DNA of 64,000 nt. Origin: Podarcis vaucheri. Taxonomy: Eukaryota. The notes below the pieces were generated by a model. That model searched no databases. It saw only the letters and a list, made by a program, of their open reading frames with translations, and was not told the DNA's origin. Position 1 is the first letter of the stretch. Every line of letters starts with the position of its first letter. The stretch lies in assembly GCA_965113315.1 (NCBI GenBank), contig OZ220366.1; one strand, written 5' to 3'. A program made the translations under genes and the position numbers. This document shows positions 1 to 12,350 of this stretch, piece by piece.

Positions 1-193
1 AAGGTAGTGTGGACGAGCAGCTATTTCTGGCTTAGAGCAAACCCAACATGGAGTGTGGTACTTTTAAAGCAAACATGTTTATTGTGGCACAAGCTTTTGT
101 ATTCTAGAGTCCATATTATCAGATCAGACTCAGGAAGTGTTATCCTAAACTGGCAGGTGTGTGTGTTTGAAATAAATCTCTATCTGTAAATAA

Positions 194-221
<28 letters not shown>
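194..221. repeat. (CA)n microsatellite
   Basis: direct read. Confidence 0.95.
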
Positions 222-225
<4 letters not shown>

Positions 226-2575
226 GAAGTGAGGTCAGGAGGAAATGAATGCAACAAACAAGGCTCTGATAATCATGTGTAAAGCTTAAATGTATGTAAA
301 ATGTAAATGATTACAGTGACCACCCTAAATCTACATTGATAACACAAACATCCACGTAATAACCCACCAGCTAATTTACAGGGCTCAGAAGACACTTTCT
401 GTATGAACTTGTTTGCTACCTTGGAGCCTCTGTCTCAGAGAATTCTGGGAACTGCTGTGCTGGCTCTTCAGGAAGCTGGTACCCTCCAGATGTTTTGTAC
501 TGCAGCATCCATCAGGCTAGCAAAGGCTGTGCCGCACCATAACTCTACTAGCACCCCAGGATAGCAACAGGGGAGAAAAGTCTATCTACTGCACATGGGC
601 AAGCCCACCACTGGACCAGTTAATGGGTTGAGGGCCCACTTCCATCTCTGGGTTCCTCTGAGCCATCCTTAATGGAGAGAGATACTGGAGCTTGGGGAAG
701 TAGGTGCTATTTTCCTCCTGCATCCTAGTCCAGACAATGCTTAATGCTGAGAGGGTCCTGGAGAAAGATGACTTTGCTTCTGCTGACACCAACATAACCA
801 ACTTGCCATTCCTGTTTTGCTTGGAGAGAGACAAACCAGGAAGCTTGAGCTCATACTTGCTTCCCTGTAGTAAGAATCAGTATGGCATGGGGTGGAGTGG
901 CAAAATCAGAGAGTTCTGAGTTTTGTTGCAGCTGCAGAGCTGGCCTCGGCACCATGGGGTGAGTTATAGAGCTGATAGAAATTTGGACAGAATATAGATA
1001 GAGCTGATAGAAATTTGGTGGCCTCAGTTGCCATCAGCAAGTTGACATGCTTTGCTGTCTCTCTAAAGAAAGGGTCTGTTTTTCTGTGTGCTTTCTTTTA
1101 TATATGTCTTATGAATATGAATGAGAGAGTTACTCTATGTCCTTTGCTTTCAATTTCTTTTTTGCTTCTCCTTCTTTTACCAAACCAATAAACATATTCA
1201 GAACACGAAAAATCCTCTTTACTGTACAAAGGGAGACAGCAGGCTTCCATTGAAATCAACTTAATATGTCAGAAGTTTTGAGAAATATTAACAAAGTTAA
1301 AATTTTCCAGTTTTGAAAACTACTTTGTGTTTAACTTTAGTTATTCCAGAAGAAAATAATTAACTGTTTATGGGCTTTTGTATTACCATTCTGACCAGCA
1401 CTATATTCAGCAAAGGATTATTGAATGTTTGAACACAGGTAAAATGCATAGTTGATTTTGTTCTCAGCTTTATATTACTTCAGCAGAAACGATGTGCTGC
1501 AGTTCCTGCTGAGATTCATTTCATTCCTCTGATCCTAGATTTTAAACTGAGTATTCCCACTGCATTTTTGTGGGATTTAAAAAGAGCAGTGCATTAACTA
1601 CAGTGTAGGTTTATCCAGGAACAAAGTCAAACAATGCAATCCTATACCTGCTTAGAAAAAAGCCCAACTGAGTTCAATGAGACTTACTCCCAGGTAAATG
1701 TATATAGGATTGCTACCTAACTTATTTTCTGCTGTTTGATGAGTTCAGTTCAGTTTTAAGAAATGAATTCAAGATAATAGTTCAGTTTCAAGAAATAAAT
1801 TCCTGATTACATTTAATTCTCGAACTTCTTTGCCGCACGCTTTAGAATCAAGAAGAGAAATGTGAAAATCAGTATTGAAAATCATAATGTGCCTGCTTTA
1901 TTTCATACACATTTTCTTGTCTTTAGCTAATTTTTTGAAATTGGAGATATCATATGTCATGTCACCAGCTAGTCAATGCTTCGTTTGGAAAAATGGCCAG
2001 CTAAATGACTTTGGAAACCTTAGAAACTGAGGACACGTCAACAGTGTTTTTGTGTTGTTTTCCTCTCCATCATCTTGTACTAAGAGAAAGATTGCAGGGG
2101 AAAGGGTATATGTTATGTATGGTTTTGTTTTGTTTAAATTTTTTACATTTATACCCAGTCTTTCTTCCAAAGAGCTCAAGGTCGTTGACATGGTGTCTCA
2201 CTCCCCACCACACACCACTATACTGTACCACACTGGTTGTAGTAGGGAAGTAGGGGAAAAGTGAGTGATTATCTTATCCATTGTTTGTGTTTGTGTGGGT
2301 CCTTTGGTTGTACCAGCCCTATATTTGTGATTGACAGTTGAGTTATTTGTTCCGCATGCTGGTTATGTCCTGCTTTTAGATTGTAACAGAATTGTGGTGT
2401 TGGTTGTGTTGTGCTATGTGGGGATGTGCCTGATATCAAGCATATTGTTATGAGGTTGTGGGGTTTTTTGGAAGGGGGTCTGACTCCCCTAAATCTCTGG
2501 ATTCAGTAAAGCATTCAAATTTAAGCATACCTCTGAATTCTTGGTGTCAAAAATAACACAGACCAGCTTCTTCAT

Positions 2576-2938
2576 TTTTTTAAAAAATATATATTTTATT
2601 CAGGATTTTCTTGTTTTACAGAAGTGTAGTGCCTCGGGTTTTTTTTTTATGTAACATTTTTACACGTTTCATTTGTTGAGGCATTAGGGGGAGAAGAAAA
2701 GAAAAAAGATAGGGGGGTGCAGAGAGGGAAGATGGCAGTGGCGTAGTGTGGGTGGTGCAGGGGGGGCCGGCCGCACCGGGCGCAACATCTGGGGGTTAGG
2801 GTTAGGGGGCGCAAATCCATGGGTTAGGGGGCGCAAATTACTTGCCTTGCCCCGGGTGCTGACAACCCACGCTATGCCACTGGAAGATGGATAGGGGTGG
2901 GGTCGGGTGGCGGTGTTTCTATTATGTTTAATGTATGT
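2576..2938 (-). mobile_element. LINE (L1/Tx1-like) 3' end with 16-bp TSD
   Basis: Exact TSD AGACCAGCTTCTTCAT at 2560-2575 and 2939-2954; T-rich tail and TTTATT at the left end. Confidence 0.7.
2736..2882. mobile_element. hAT-type MITE (CAGTGGCGTAG termini) nested in the LINE fragment
   Basis: TIRs cagtggcgtag / ctatgccactg; 8-bp TSD GAAGATGG at 2728-2735 and 2883-2890. Confidence 0.88.
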
Positions 2939-4473
2939 AGACCAGCTTCTTCATGAGGTCATTACTTAGTAATGGCCAAGTTGCTGACCTAACCAATGGC
3001 AGGATGATGGGCCATTCAGCTAGATGGCTCTTGGAAGCAGCCCCTGCCTGAGCTCAGAGGGAGATAGTTGGCAGAGACAAGGAGAGTTTAGTTTTAGGAT
3101 TGATGTGGGCTGGAGGAAAATTGTTTTGGTCTTTTAAACACAGCAGGATGGAGAACCGGGAGGGGTGGGGATGGTCACAACACAATGTGGGCTGACAGTT
3201 CGACTCCAACATTGCAGGACCCACATGGAGTGTAATGATAGGAACCTCTCTATACCAGGCTCAGGTTATATATGTGTGAGTGTAAATAAACCCTATATCA
3301 TAAAGATACCACAGTCTCCGCTGTGCCTCATTTCCAAGGAAAGCATGAATCCTGGGTAAGTGCCTGGACCCCTGAAATCTTGCACCGTTTGGAGATTTGG
3401 GTAGCATGTAACAATGCAATCCATGGACAGAATCATTTTCAAATGGAAACGAAGGGTTCCCATTAGTGGCTTAAAATGCAGCGAGGTGACCCCCCCCCCC
3501 TGCGTTTCAGGTTGCATTTGCATGGAGTCATTTCACATCAGAGAGGGGACAGGAATTTCTCCACCTGATACACAGGACATTTTTTGTTTCTCCACCTCTG
3601 CAACCCCACAAACTTCTACTCATTAAACTGTACTCTGTGCCTGTGTGATGGCTGCTGGGTATGTTCACTTTGCTGCTTCCACTGCTTCCAAGTTTTCTAA
3701 TCGGAGTGAACCTGGTTTGAGGGGGAAAATAGCAGTATTTGTCAAGAAACTGCAGGATCAGTATGGATTGTGGCTAACATTGTGTGAATGTTAGCTGTAG
3801 GAGTGCACTGGATGTGGAGCCAGCGATCATTTGAAAGCCACTCATTTAAATTTAGGGGCAGGCAACCCAGACAACTGCCTAGGGTGCTGAGCAGACGGGG
3901 TGCCTGTCATGGCCTAGCTGCTCAATAGCTGAAACAATAATACAGACAGTTCACTGTTATAAAGCTGACAACACAAACCTGCACGGTCATGATTTCATTA
4001 CAACTCTTTTTTGTTTCAATCCATGAGAAATGTACATCTATGCCCATTTAAAAAAAAAACCTGTGTGAGTCATCTGTGATCAGATCCTTTCCTTCAAATT
4101 TTATTGTCAATGATAAATGTTGTCTACAAATGGTGCATCAAATTTATTAAACAGGCAACAAATGCATTGAAAGAAGGTATTCAGAAAGGCACACCAAATC
4201 TGTTTCTATCCCCGGGTACCATTTAGTCTAGGACTGGCCCAGTCTGTGGATGGAATGGCTTGGTGGCAGTAAACTTGCAAAAACCACAAATACTAGCTCA
4301 TCAGGGTGCAAAGAACTTTTGCACATAAGCAGAATGAGGTGGTAGATGTGTCCTTTGGGTCTCAGGGTCTGAGCTGCAGATGACCTGGCAATCCTAAGGC
4401 ATGAATGTTTTTCAGAAGAACTTGTTCAACACTCTTGATCTTCCCTGTGAAGAACTCCTGATTAGCCTCCTTG

Positions 4474-4890
4474 GAGTGAGCTGGACCATAAAGAAGGCTG
4501 ATCGCCGAAGAATTGATGCTTTTGAATTATGGTGCTGGAGGAGACTCTTGAGAGTCCCATGGACTGCAAGAAGATCAAACCTCTCCATTCTGAAGGAAAT
4601 CAGCCCTGAGTGCTCACTGGAAGGACAGATCATGAAGCTGAGGCTCCAATACTTTGGCCACCTCATGAGAAGAGAGGACTCCCTGGAAAAGACCCTGATG
4701 TTGGGAAAGATGGAGGGCACAAGGAGAAGGGGACGACAGAGAATGAGATGGTTGGATGGTGTTCTTGAAGCCACTAGCATGAGTTTGATCAAACTGCGGG
4801 AGGCAGTGGAGGACAGAAGTGCCTGGCGTGCTCTGGTCCATGGGGTCACGAAGAGTCGGACACGACTAAACGACTAAACAACAACAACAA
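4474..4890 (+). mobile_element. BovB (RTE clade) LINE 3' fragment
   Basis: ORF SWTIKKADRRRIDAFELWCWRRLLRVPWTARRSN...WRALVHGVTKSRTRLND* and (CAA)n tail. Confidence 0.93.
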
Positions 4891-5590
4891 GTTTAAACTT
4901 CACTGTGTAATCTGCATGGGGATATTATTACAATTGAATTACATGGTGTACTTAGGGAGATTTTCCTCCCACTGTCACCTTCCTTGCACTGAGAGGAGAA
5001 GAAAGAGGAGGAAGTTTTGTTTTTTATCATTGCATGTAAATGCGAGGTTTCATATCATTGCAGGAGATGAATGAGCCAGTGAGGTAATGATGTTACAGTG
5101 TATTGCACACAGACTAAAATAAACCCATAGGAAAACCTGGCATGGAATTTGAGAAGAGATGGCATTTGACATGGCATGCTTGAGCAGTCTTGTCTATTAC
5201 TGCCCAGGAGATTAAATCAATGTCTTTTCCTGTTTTGTTTTGGTGTTGTTGTTTTTTGCTTCTAATGAACATATGTTAGTTCATGCACATTAGGCTCTTG
5301 AGTAATTCCATGCACATGAAATAATAAAAAGAAAAGTATTGATTTCTTGCTGAATAAAATGTTATTTTGAAGAGGACAAATGGCCTGGCATTTTGATAGA
5401 TCTAAAAATGTGTGTCATGTGGACATGATAGCTCAAGATGGAGTTAAAAGATTTTAACTCAATTTGGTATGCAGGAGAAGGAAAAGCAACTTCATTTTTG
5501 GCAGAAAAGACACAGTGGGAAAGGTGTGGTGGTGTTTATTAAGATAATTTGGGGGGGGGGTAAATTTCTCTGAAACTAATGCTCTGATTG

Positions 5591-6127
5591 TCCCCAAAGC
5601 TCAATGATGTGTCTCAAACACTTGGTAAGTTAGGGTCTTCCTCTGCATGCAAAGTCAGGCTCCAGCAGATTGAGCAGACGAGACCAATTGTGGGTCCAAT
5701 GGTCGAGAAGGCGGTTTCTGCATGTGCTATAGAGGGAAAGTGAGGGCAGATAGGGTTCTCTAACTTGGGAAAGTAGCCCATCTAAGAGAAGGAAAACTCT
5801 GATCCTAAACCTCTGCTGCCTTGTGGGCTATCTTCAGGAGAAGAAAAGGCTAAGGAGTAAATCCTACACAAATCTGGACGGTTAGATGGTGACTTGTTTG
5901 CTCCTTCTGGCAATTCCTGCAGCCAAGCTGGTGCCAAACATATTGCTCTGCTTTCCTTTGGACCACATCAGGGAGTTGTAGAGACTTGTTGTCTGGGCAG
6001 CCCAGGACCTCCATAGACACCACCCAGGCTTGCACCCCCGGGAGGTCACTTGGGTGTTGCTAACGCAGCTGTTTGACCTCACCCCGGAAGGCACACTCCA
6101 TTGTCTCTTGAGACAGATGGATACCAA
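5591..6127 (+). mobile_element. Non-autonomous retroposon (RTE-related) with 14-bp TSD
   Basis: Exact TSD TAATGCTCTGATTG at 5577-5590 and 6128-6141; internal agaaggaaaactctgatcctaaacctc resembles RTE 5' regions. Confidence 0.65.
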
Positions 6128-8484
6128 TAATGCTCTGATTGAGATGAAATGTCATACGCAGTATGATGTGCCGTACAAAGCTCTGTAAAGATGAAATAAA
6201 TCAGCTGTTCTGCTATGGCATTGTACTGTTTGCATCAAAATGCTGTAATTGACAATGAAACTTCCTGATTTCCCAAAACGAAAAAGAGAAACAAAGATCC
6301 AGTCATTGCATTGTTTAGGGAAGTGTTGATGTTGCCATGGAGAAACTAGCTTTTTAACTGGGAAATTATTTTAATTTCTTAAACGATAAGCCTGGGGTAT
6401 CATAAAAAGTTTTCCAAGCAAATATACAATAGTTCAATACATCACAAAATCTCCATTATAAATGCAGTTTTATCAACATAAACAACAGAGACACTTGTGG
6501 CACCTAGAAGACTGATGACTAATGTTGTATGGCATATGTTTTTGTGGACTACAGTCCATTTCTACAGTTGCACGAACCCCTGATGTTGTGGGTGATATTA
6601 GGTCCTGTAACAGTGCTGCCAGAATAGACATGGAGACAGAATTGGCCTGCTCTTCCTGATGAGTAGCCATTTTAGTTTGGAGGGCCAAGGGGGCTATCTG
6701 TAAACGTCTGCCAGTGCAATCCTATGTTTATTCAGAAGCAAGTCCCACTGAATCCTGGGAGACTTAGTCCTTATTGCATATTGTTATGCTCACTCTCAAC
6801 AACAAATTTCTGGGGTGCAGTACTCACCCAGGATTGTTTTTTAGGGGGAGGAGATCACTGGAGGCTTACACTGTTGTATAATATTTGAGTTTATTTTCAA
6901 ATATACATATTGAGTAGATTAAATATTCCAACGAACAGCCAAATCCACTGCCTCATATCAGATCTCTGGTGGAAGGTAGCCAGTACCCCAAAATGCTGTT
7001 GGCTTAAAGAACCAGAAAAAAAATCTGCTTTTTCTCTTAGTCTGTGTCACACTTGGAATCTGCAGAAAATTGGCCAGCTTTCCTCCTTGCCCTGATTAAA
7101 GGGAACAAGGATAAGTCATCTTCTTCAGTCTTCTCTTAGCCTTCCTGGGCCATTTATCAGTCAACAGTCAGCTCCCATAGAGACAGACATCGCCTGTAAT
7201 TTCCTGAACAAAAAATGTGCCTGACAACTTTCCCAGAACTTTTAAGAGAGTAGCCAGCAGTATGTTCTGCTCCATTAACTCTATTCTGTACAAACTTCCA
7301 ATCTTACACCAATTCAATATATTTGTGTGACACGCCTTGAGGTCAACTCAGAAGGCTGGTAGATGGCACAAAGATGGACCCGCCATTTTGTCTAGAACAG
7401 CACAGTAGGTCATTTTTTTGCCCATATTCCACAGTCCCTTTATGCCCCAGAGGATGTCTTCTTCCATGCAGGTTAGATACCAGAACTCAAAGTTGAAGCT
7501 ATGTCATCAAGCCTAGACATTAGAGACTCACCATGGTTATTTAATGGTGAGGGAAATTCATCATGTCCCTGCCCAAAGGTCTTCTGTGTTGGTGCTATTT
7601 CACATCATGCAGGATAGAAAGTGGCACTGGAAAAAGCCCCAGAGCCAAGACATGGTTGCAATGAAACACTGCTATCATGACAGAACAGTCCCTTCACAAT
7701 CATTGCCCCCCCCCCCCGGTGACACTTGTGCAAAATCACGGCCAGCTTTATGATAGCCTAATGCCATATGCCTCTGAATACCATAAGAAGAGCCTGATGG
7801 ATTAGGCTAAAGCCATCTGTTCCACCATTCTGTTCTCACAGTAGCCAGCCAGATGTCTTTGGGAAGCCCACAAGCCGTATTTAAGTCCAGCAGCACTCAC
7901 CCCTCTTGCACCGGTATTTGGAGACAAACTCCCTCAGTACTGGAGGTAATTCATAGCCATCATGGCTAGTAGCCATAGACAGACTTATACTCCATGAATC
8001 TCTAAACTGTTTAAAAACCATTTAGGTTTGTGGCTTATAATTTCCTGGGTTCCTTTTTTAAAAAATTGGTTTTACATTAGCCCCTTTCTAATTCTTAGGC
8101 ATGGAGGACAACTGTAGGGATAAGTTCCATATCAGTCATTTCACATTAGAACACTTGGGTAGATGCCATGTAGACCCGGTAATGTTAGTTTATCATTGGA
8201 AGCACATTACACATAGGTGAATGCCCTCAAAGCCTCTCCATTCTTTTCCCAGACATGCTATGAATCATGTGGGTGTTGATTTGTTGCTTATCATTTACTG
8301 ATTCGATTCTCCTTCCTAGAAGGAAGCCTGCTGTTGGCATGAATATGTTCCGGTTGTTGCAACAGTTTTGGCTGCCCTAGACAGGTGGCTTGAGGCAGAT
8401 GTGACCATTAATATGTATTACAGGGTTTGCTAAGGCAACTGGTGGCTTCCCTCAAACTGAATTGGAATTCATTTTAAAAGCTGA

Positions 8485-8529
8485 TCTTCTTCTTCTTCTT
8501 CTTCTTCTTCTTCTTCTTCTTCTTCTTCT
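8485..8529. repeat. (TTC)n microsatellite
   Basis: direct read. Confidence 0.95.
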
Positions 8530-9399
8530 ACTATAGCAATGGATTTGATGTGGGGTTACTTACTTGCTCCTACAGTAGGGATGAACTGAGGAGATATGCT
8601 AGGTCTCCTTGGGGCCTCTTTCTTGCAACTGTTGCTGGGCTCTTCCCTTAGAAAACATCCTTAAACTGTCCTCTAGAAATGCTACCTACAAAACTGCAGT
8701 TTGATATATGGCGCCATCCTTGTAAAATCAAGCTGTACAGAAAAAGGATCACCATCATATTCATATTTCAAACTTCCACAGAGTAGTAGTATTGATGACG
8801 ACAAAAATCCCAAAAAGCATCTCGGGACACTTTAAAGTCTAATAGTTTTATCGCCAACACACCCGAGAAGACTTGAGACAATAAAGATGAGTAACAGGTT
8901 ATATTTATTAAAATACAACAACGAAAGAATCTCCCAATCAGGACAATTAAACCAAATTAACCAAAACTGATGAGGTCTGGGTGGTTAGGTGGATTGATGG
9001 GATGACTTCAACTATCCCCTCACCTAAGCCAACTGCCAGCCACACATGAGATTATGCAGCAAGGCTTGAAGAAACTCCTTCCTCTTCAATGTGTGCTGTT
9101 TGGGTATATGAACCTGGCATGTACATTGTGGTTCCATTGGCCAATATTAACCTCAATGAGAAGAGGGGAGAGTGTGGTGCGGAGTGGGCTTAAATAGCCT
9201 ATTCTCCCTGATAGGGCAAATTGCCCCCATATTGTTGCCCATGTTGCCCCTGGGTCCCATCTATTCTCTTCTTGCATTGTGTTTTGTAGCTCCATGAGAA
9301 CTTGTGACAGAACAAAAATTAGTATTTGATGTGCAAAAAAGGACTTGTTGTACTTCATACTGGCAATCTCACTAGCCAATGGATGCTAATTCCAATGAA

Positions 9400-10525
9400 A
9401 AAAACTATCCTCACTTTTTTGGAAGAGAGATGAAAAGAGCACTAGGCCCTATAACAGTTATAGAAGGTTCTATCCTGTCTCCCATGTTATTTGATATCTA
9501 CATGAAACCACTGGGAGGTGTCATCTGGTAATTCGAAGTGTGGCATTACCAGTATGTGTATTATGCTCAACTCTCTTGCTCCACACTGTCCGATTCAGGA
9601 GAGCCTGTGCAAGTGCTCAGCTGCTGTCTGGAGGCAGTGATTGGCAGGATCAAGGTAATTAAACAGAAGCTGAATCCTAATAAAGGTAGCAACTTTGTGG
9701 GTTAGTGATTCCCATGTCTTAGAATTTGATATATGACATATTAATAACAGGGAGGCAGTTTCCCTTGGAGAACAGGTGCATAGTCTAGGAGTACTCCTAG
9801 ATTTCAAATTGCCACAGGAAGTGCATGTGGCCTCAGTGGCAAGAAGTCTATATCCAGCTGCTGCTGGTTCATCTGCTAAAACCAGTCTTGGACTGGGATA
9901 ACTTGGTTGCAGTAGTGTATGCTCTGATAACTTCCTGATTGGATTATTGCAATTCACTCTATGGGGAACTTTCTTTGAATACTGTCTGGAAGCGGCAGCA
10001 GTACCGAATGCTTCTGCCCAATTTCTGAATAGGTCATCTAAATGGAACCCCAGAACACCAGTCCTGAAAGCAATGCACAGGCTGCCAGCGAGCTACCAGG
10101 CCCAATTCAAGATGCTGGTACTGATCTACAAGGCTGCAAATGGCTCAGGAGGACCCAATTACCTGAAGGAGTGCCTTCCCCAGTACCAATCAACTTGGAT
10201 TTTAAGAAGTGTAGTTGACACCCGGTCAACACAGCATGGGAGCTGCTATACAAGGCAAGGCCTTCATAATGGTGGCACCCTGACTTTGGAAATCCCTCCC
10301 TGTTGAGATCACGGACACGTTCCTCCACATTATTTTCACTCATGCAACACCTTAAGATTCATTTGCTCCAGCAAGCCTTTTGATCATAAAGGGAGAGTCA
10401 ACATGCATAATTTAAAGTTGGCTCTTATATTTTACCTTATACTGTATGGTGTTTTGTGCTGTGGTTTCATTTGTGTGTGTGAATTTTTCATGTTAGCTGC
10501 CTTAAGTTCTCAAAGGAGGAAAGGC
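9400..10525 (+). mobile_element. Degenerate L2 LINE fragment
   Basis: L2-like remnants (aagctgaatcct; PVLKAMHRLP...QAQFKMLVLIYKA.NG.GP.YLKE). Confidence 0.75.
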
Positions 10526-10851
10526 AAAGAACGGAAACAACAAAATCAACAACATCACTTTTATTATTAGTCGGCACTGAGGCCATTCTCTAGTGATAAG
10601 GATAGGGCAGCTGCTTTTGTGTAAATTAACCTGGACTTCTGCAGTGTTACTTTATTCCTGTTCGTGGAGCAGGGAAGAGTGGATTGACATCAGTGGCAAT
10701 CACTTTGGTACAGCAAATATTTGTGTAGATAATGCAATGTTTGCTAATTATAAACTGTCTACTTTGTGAATGTTCTTGCAACTAGCTTCCTGTATGGTGT
10801 CAATAAAAGAGTCTTATCAGTTAATTTATTTAGCTGTTTTTCTGTTAGTTC

Positions 10852-11200
10852 AGTGATAGTCATCTTCAAATATCTAAAGGGCTGTCACATGGAAGATGGA
10901 GCAAGTTTGTTTTCTCCTGCTTCAAAGGCTAGGACCCGAACCAATGGCTTCCAACCAAGCCAAAGAAACTAAGGGGCATTCTGACTAAACATCTGGAAGA
11001 ACTTTCTGACACTAAGAGCTTTTCAACAGTGGAACAGACTTCTTTAGAAGGCGATGGATTCTTCTTCATTGGAATTTTTAAAGTAGAGGTTGGATGACCA
11101 CCTGTCATGGATGCTTCAGTTGAAATTATTGCATTGCAGAGGGTTGGACTAGATGGCCCTCGGGGTCTCTTCCAAATCAACAGTTCTTTGATTCTATGAC
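10852..11200 (+). mobile_element. CR1 LINE 3' end
   Basis: FKYLKGCHMEDG peptide, CR1 3'UTR ggttggactagatg...ttctatga. Confidence 0.85.
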
Positions 11201-11361
11201 AACCTTCATTGAGGAGAGGAAATGTAGCACATGCTGTTCAAAGGGGCAGACTGAGTAAAGTTAACTGTTATCCTTCTGCTGTGCCTCTTTGACACCAAAG
11301 TTGCAATCCTATGCAGCTACTTGTGTTGCAGCTAGATGTGATGTTAGTCCTTTAGATGCAG

Positions 11362-11832
11362 TTTGTTGTTGTTGTTTAGTCGTTTAGTCGTGTCTGACTC
11401 TTCGTGACCCCATGGACCAGAGCACGCCAGGCACTCCTGTCTTCCACTGCCTCCCGCAGTTTGATCAAACTCATGCTGGTAGCTTCGAGAACACTGTCCA
11501 ACCATCTCGTCCTCTGTCGTCCCCTTCTCCTTGTGCCCTCCATCTTTCTCAACATCAGGGTCTTTTCCAGGGAGTCTTCTCTTCTCATGAGGTGGCCAAA
11601 GTATTGGAGCCTCAGCTTCACGATCTGTCCTTCCAGTGAGCACTCAGGGCTGATTTCCTTAAGAATGGAGAGGTTTGATCTTCTTGCAGTCCATGGGACT
11701 CTCAAGAGTCTCCTCCAGCACCATAATTCAAAAGCATCAATTCTTCGGCGATCAGCCTTCTTTATGGTCCAGCTCTCACTTCCATATATCACTACTGGGA
11801 AAACCATAGCTTTAAGTATATGGATCTTTGTT
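11362..11832 (-). mobile_element. BovB (RTE clade) LINE 3' fragment
   Basis: Same peptide on the minus strand (KAMVFPVVIYGSESWTIKKA...) with (TTG)n tail at 11362. Confidence 0.93.
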
Positions 11833-12119
11833 AATGTACATATATTTTTGGGAGTCGTATGAGCAACAATCTGAACTATCTCCATAGTGAGTGGTGAGGA
11901 GAGGCAGTTGTTTCTCTATTTTTCTCTCTGCCAGGTTCTTGAGGAAAACCCCCCTCTTCAAGGCTATCTGCATTTCAAATGAAGCCTCCATTGGCACCAA
12001 TGGGAGCTTCCCTTGAAATGAAAATAATAACTTCAAAGGGGTGATTTTGCTGGGAACCCGACAAAGAGAGAAATAGTTGAACTTTGCCTCTCCACCCACA
12101 TTCTTGGGGATCCTGCCAT

Positions 12120-12350
12120 ATCAGCATCTTCTTCTTCATCACCATCCATTCTATGTACATGACCAAGTCAGCGTAATACTCGCTGGAGACATGCTGGGAA
12201 TGTGGGCTTGGACGATCACATCTTTGAGAGTGTCTTGATGCAGGACATATGGAAGGCATTGAGGTGTTGTTCCTGGCAGGTGTAAGTTGCCTCTGTCTCA
12301 CTTCCATAAAGCAGCATGCTCAGCACGCAAGCTGAGCATCCTATCTTGCT
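12120..12350 (-). mobile_element. Degenerate RTE-clade LINE fragment
   Basis: ACVLSMLLYGSETEATYTCQEQHLNAFHMSCIK peptide on the minus strand. Confidence 0.7.

Larger units (their letters stand above)
2446..3413 (+). mobile_element. Probable solo LTR hosting the nested insertions
   Basis: TGTTA...TAACA termini and AATAAA; 3257-3410 is similar to the reverse complement of 40307-40455; no clean TSD. Confidence 0.45.

Noticed and set aside
966-1018. 21-bp direct repeat with 11-bp spacer (similar short duplications at 1747-1802 and 17905-17962)
   Set aside because: Only two units each: ordinary local tandem duplications, not CRISPR-like arrays.
6490-6575. Penelope-like remnant that might carry a minimal hammerhead ribozyme
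   Set aside because: The catalytic core is degenerate on the minus strand (CUGUAGA...CAAAA rather than CUGAUGA...GAAA).
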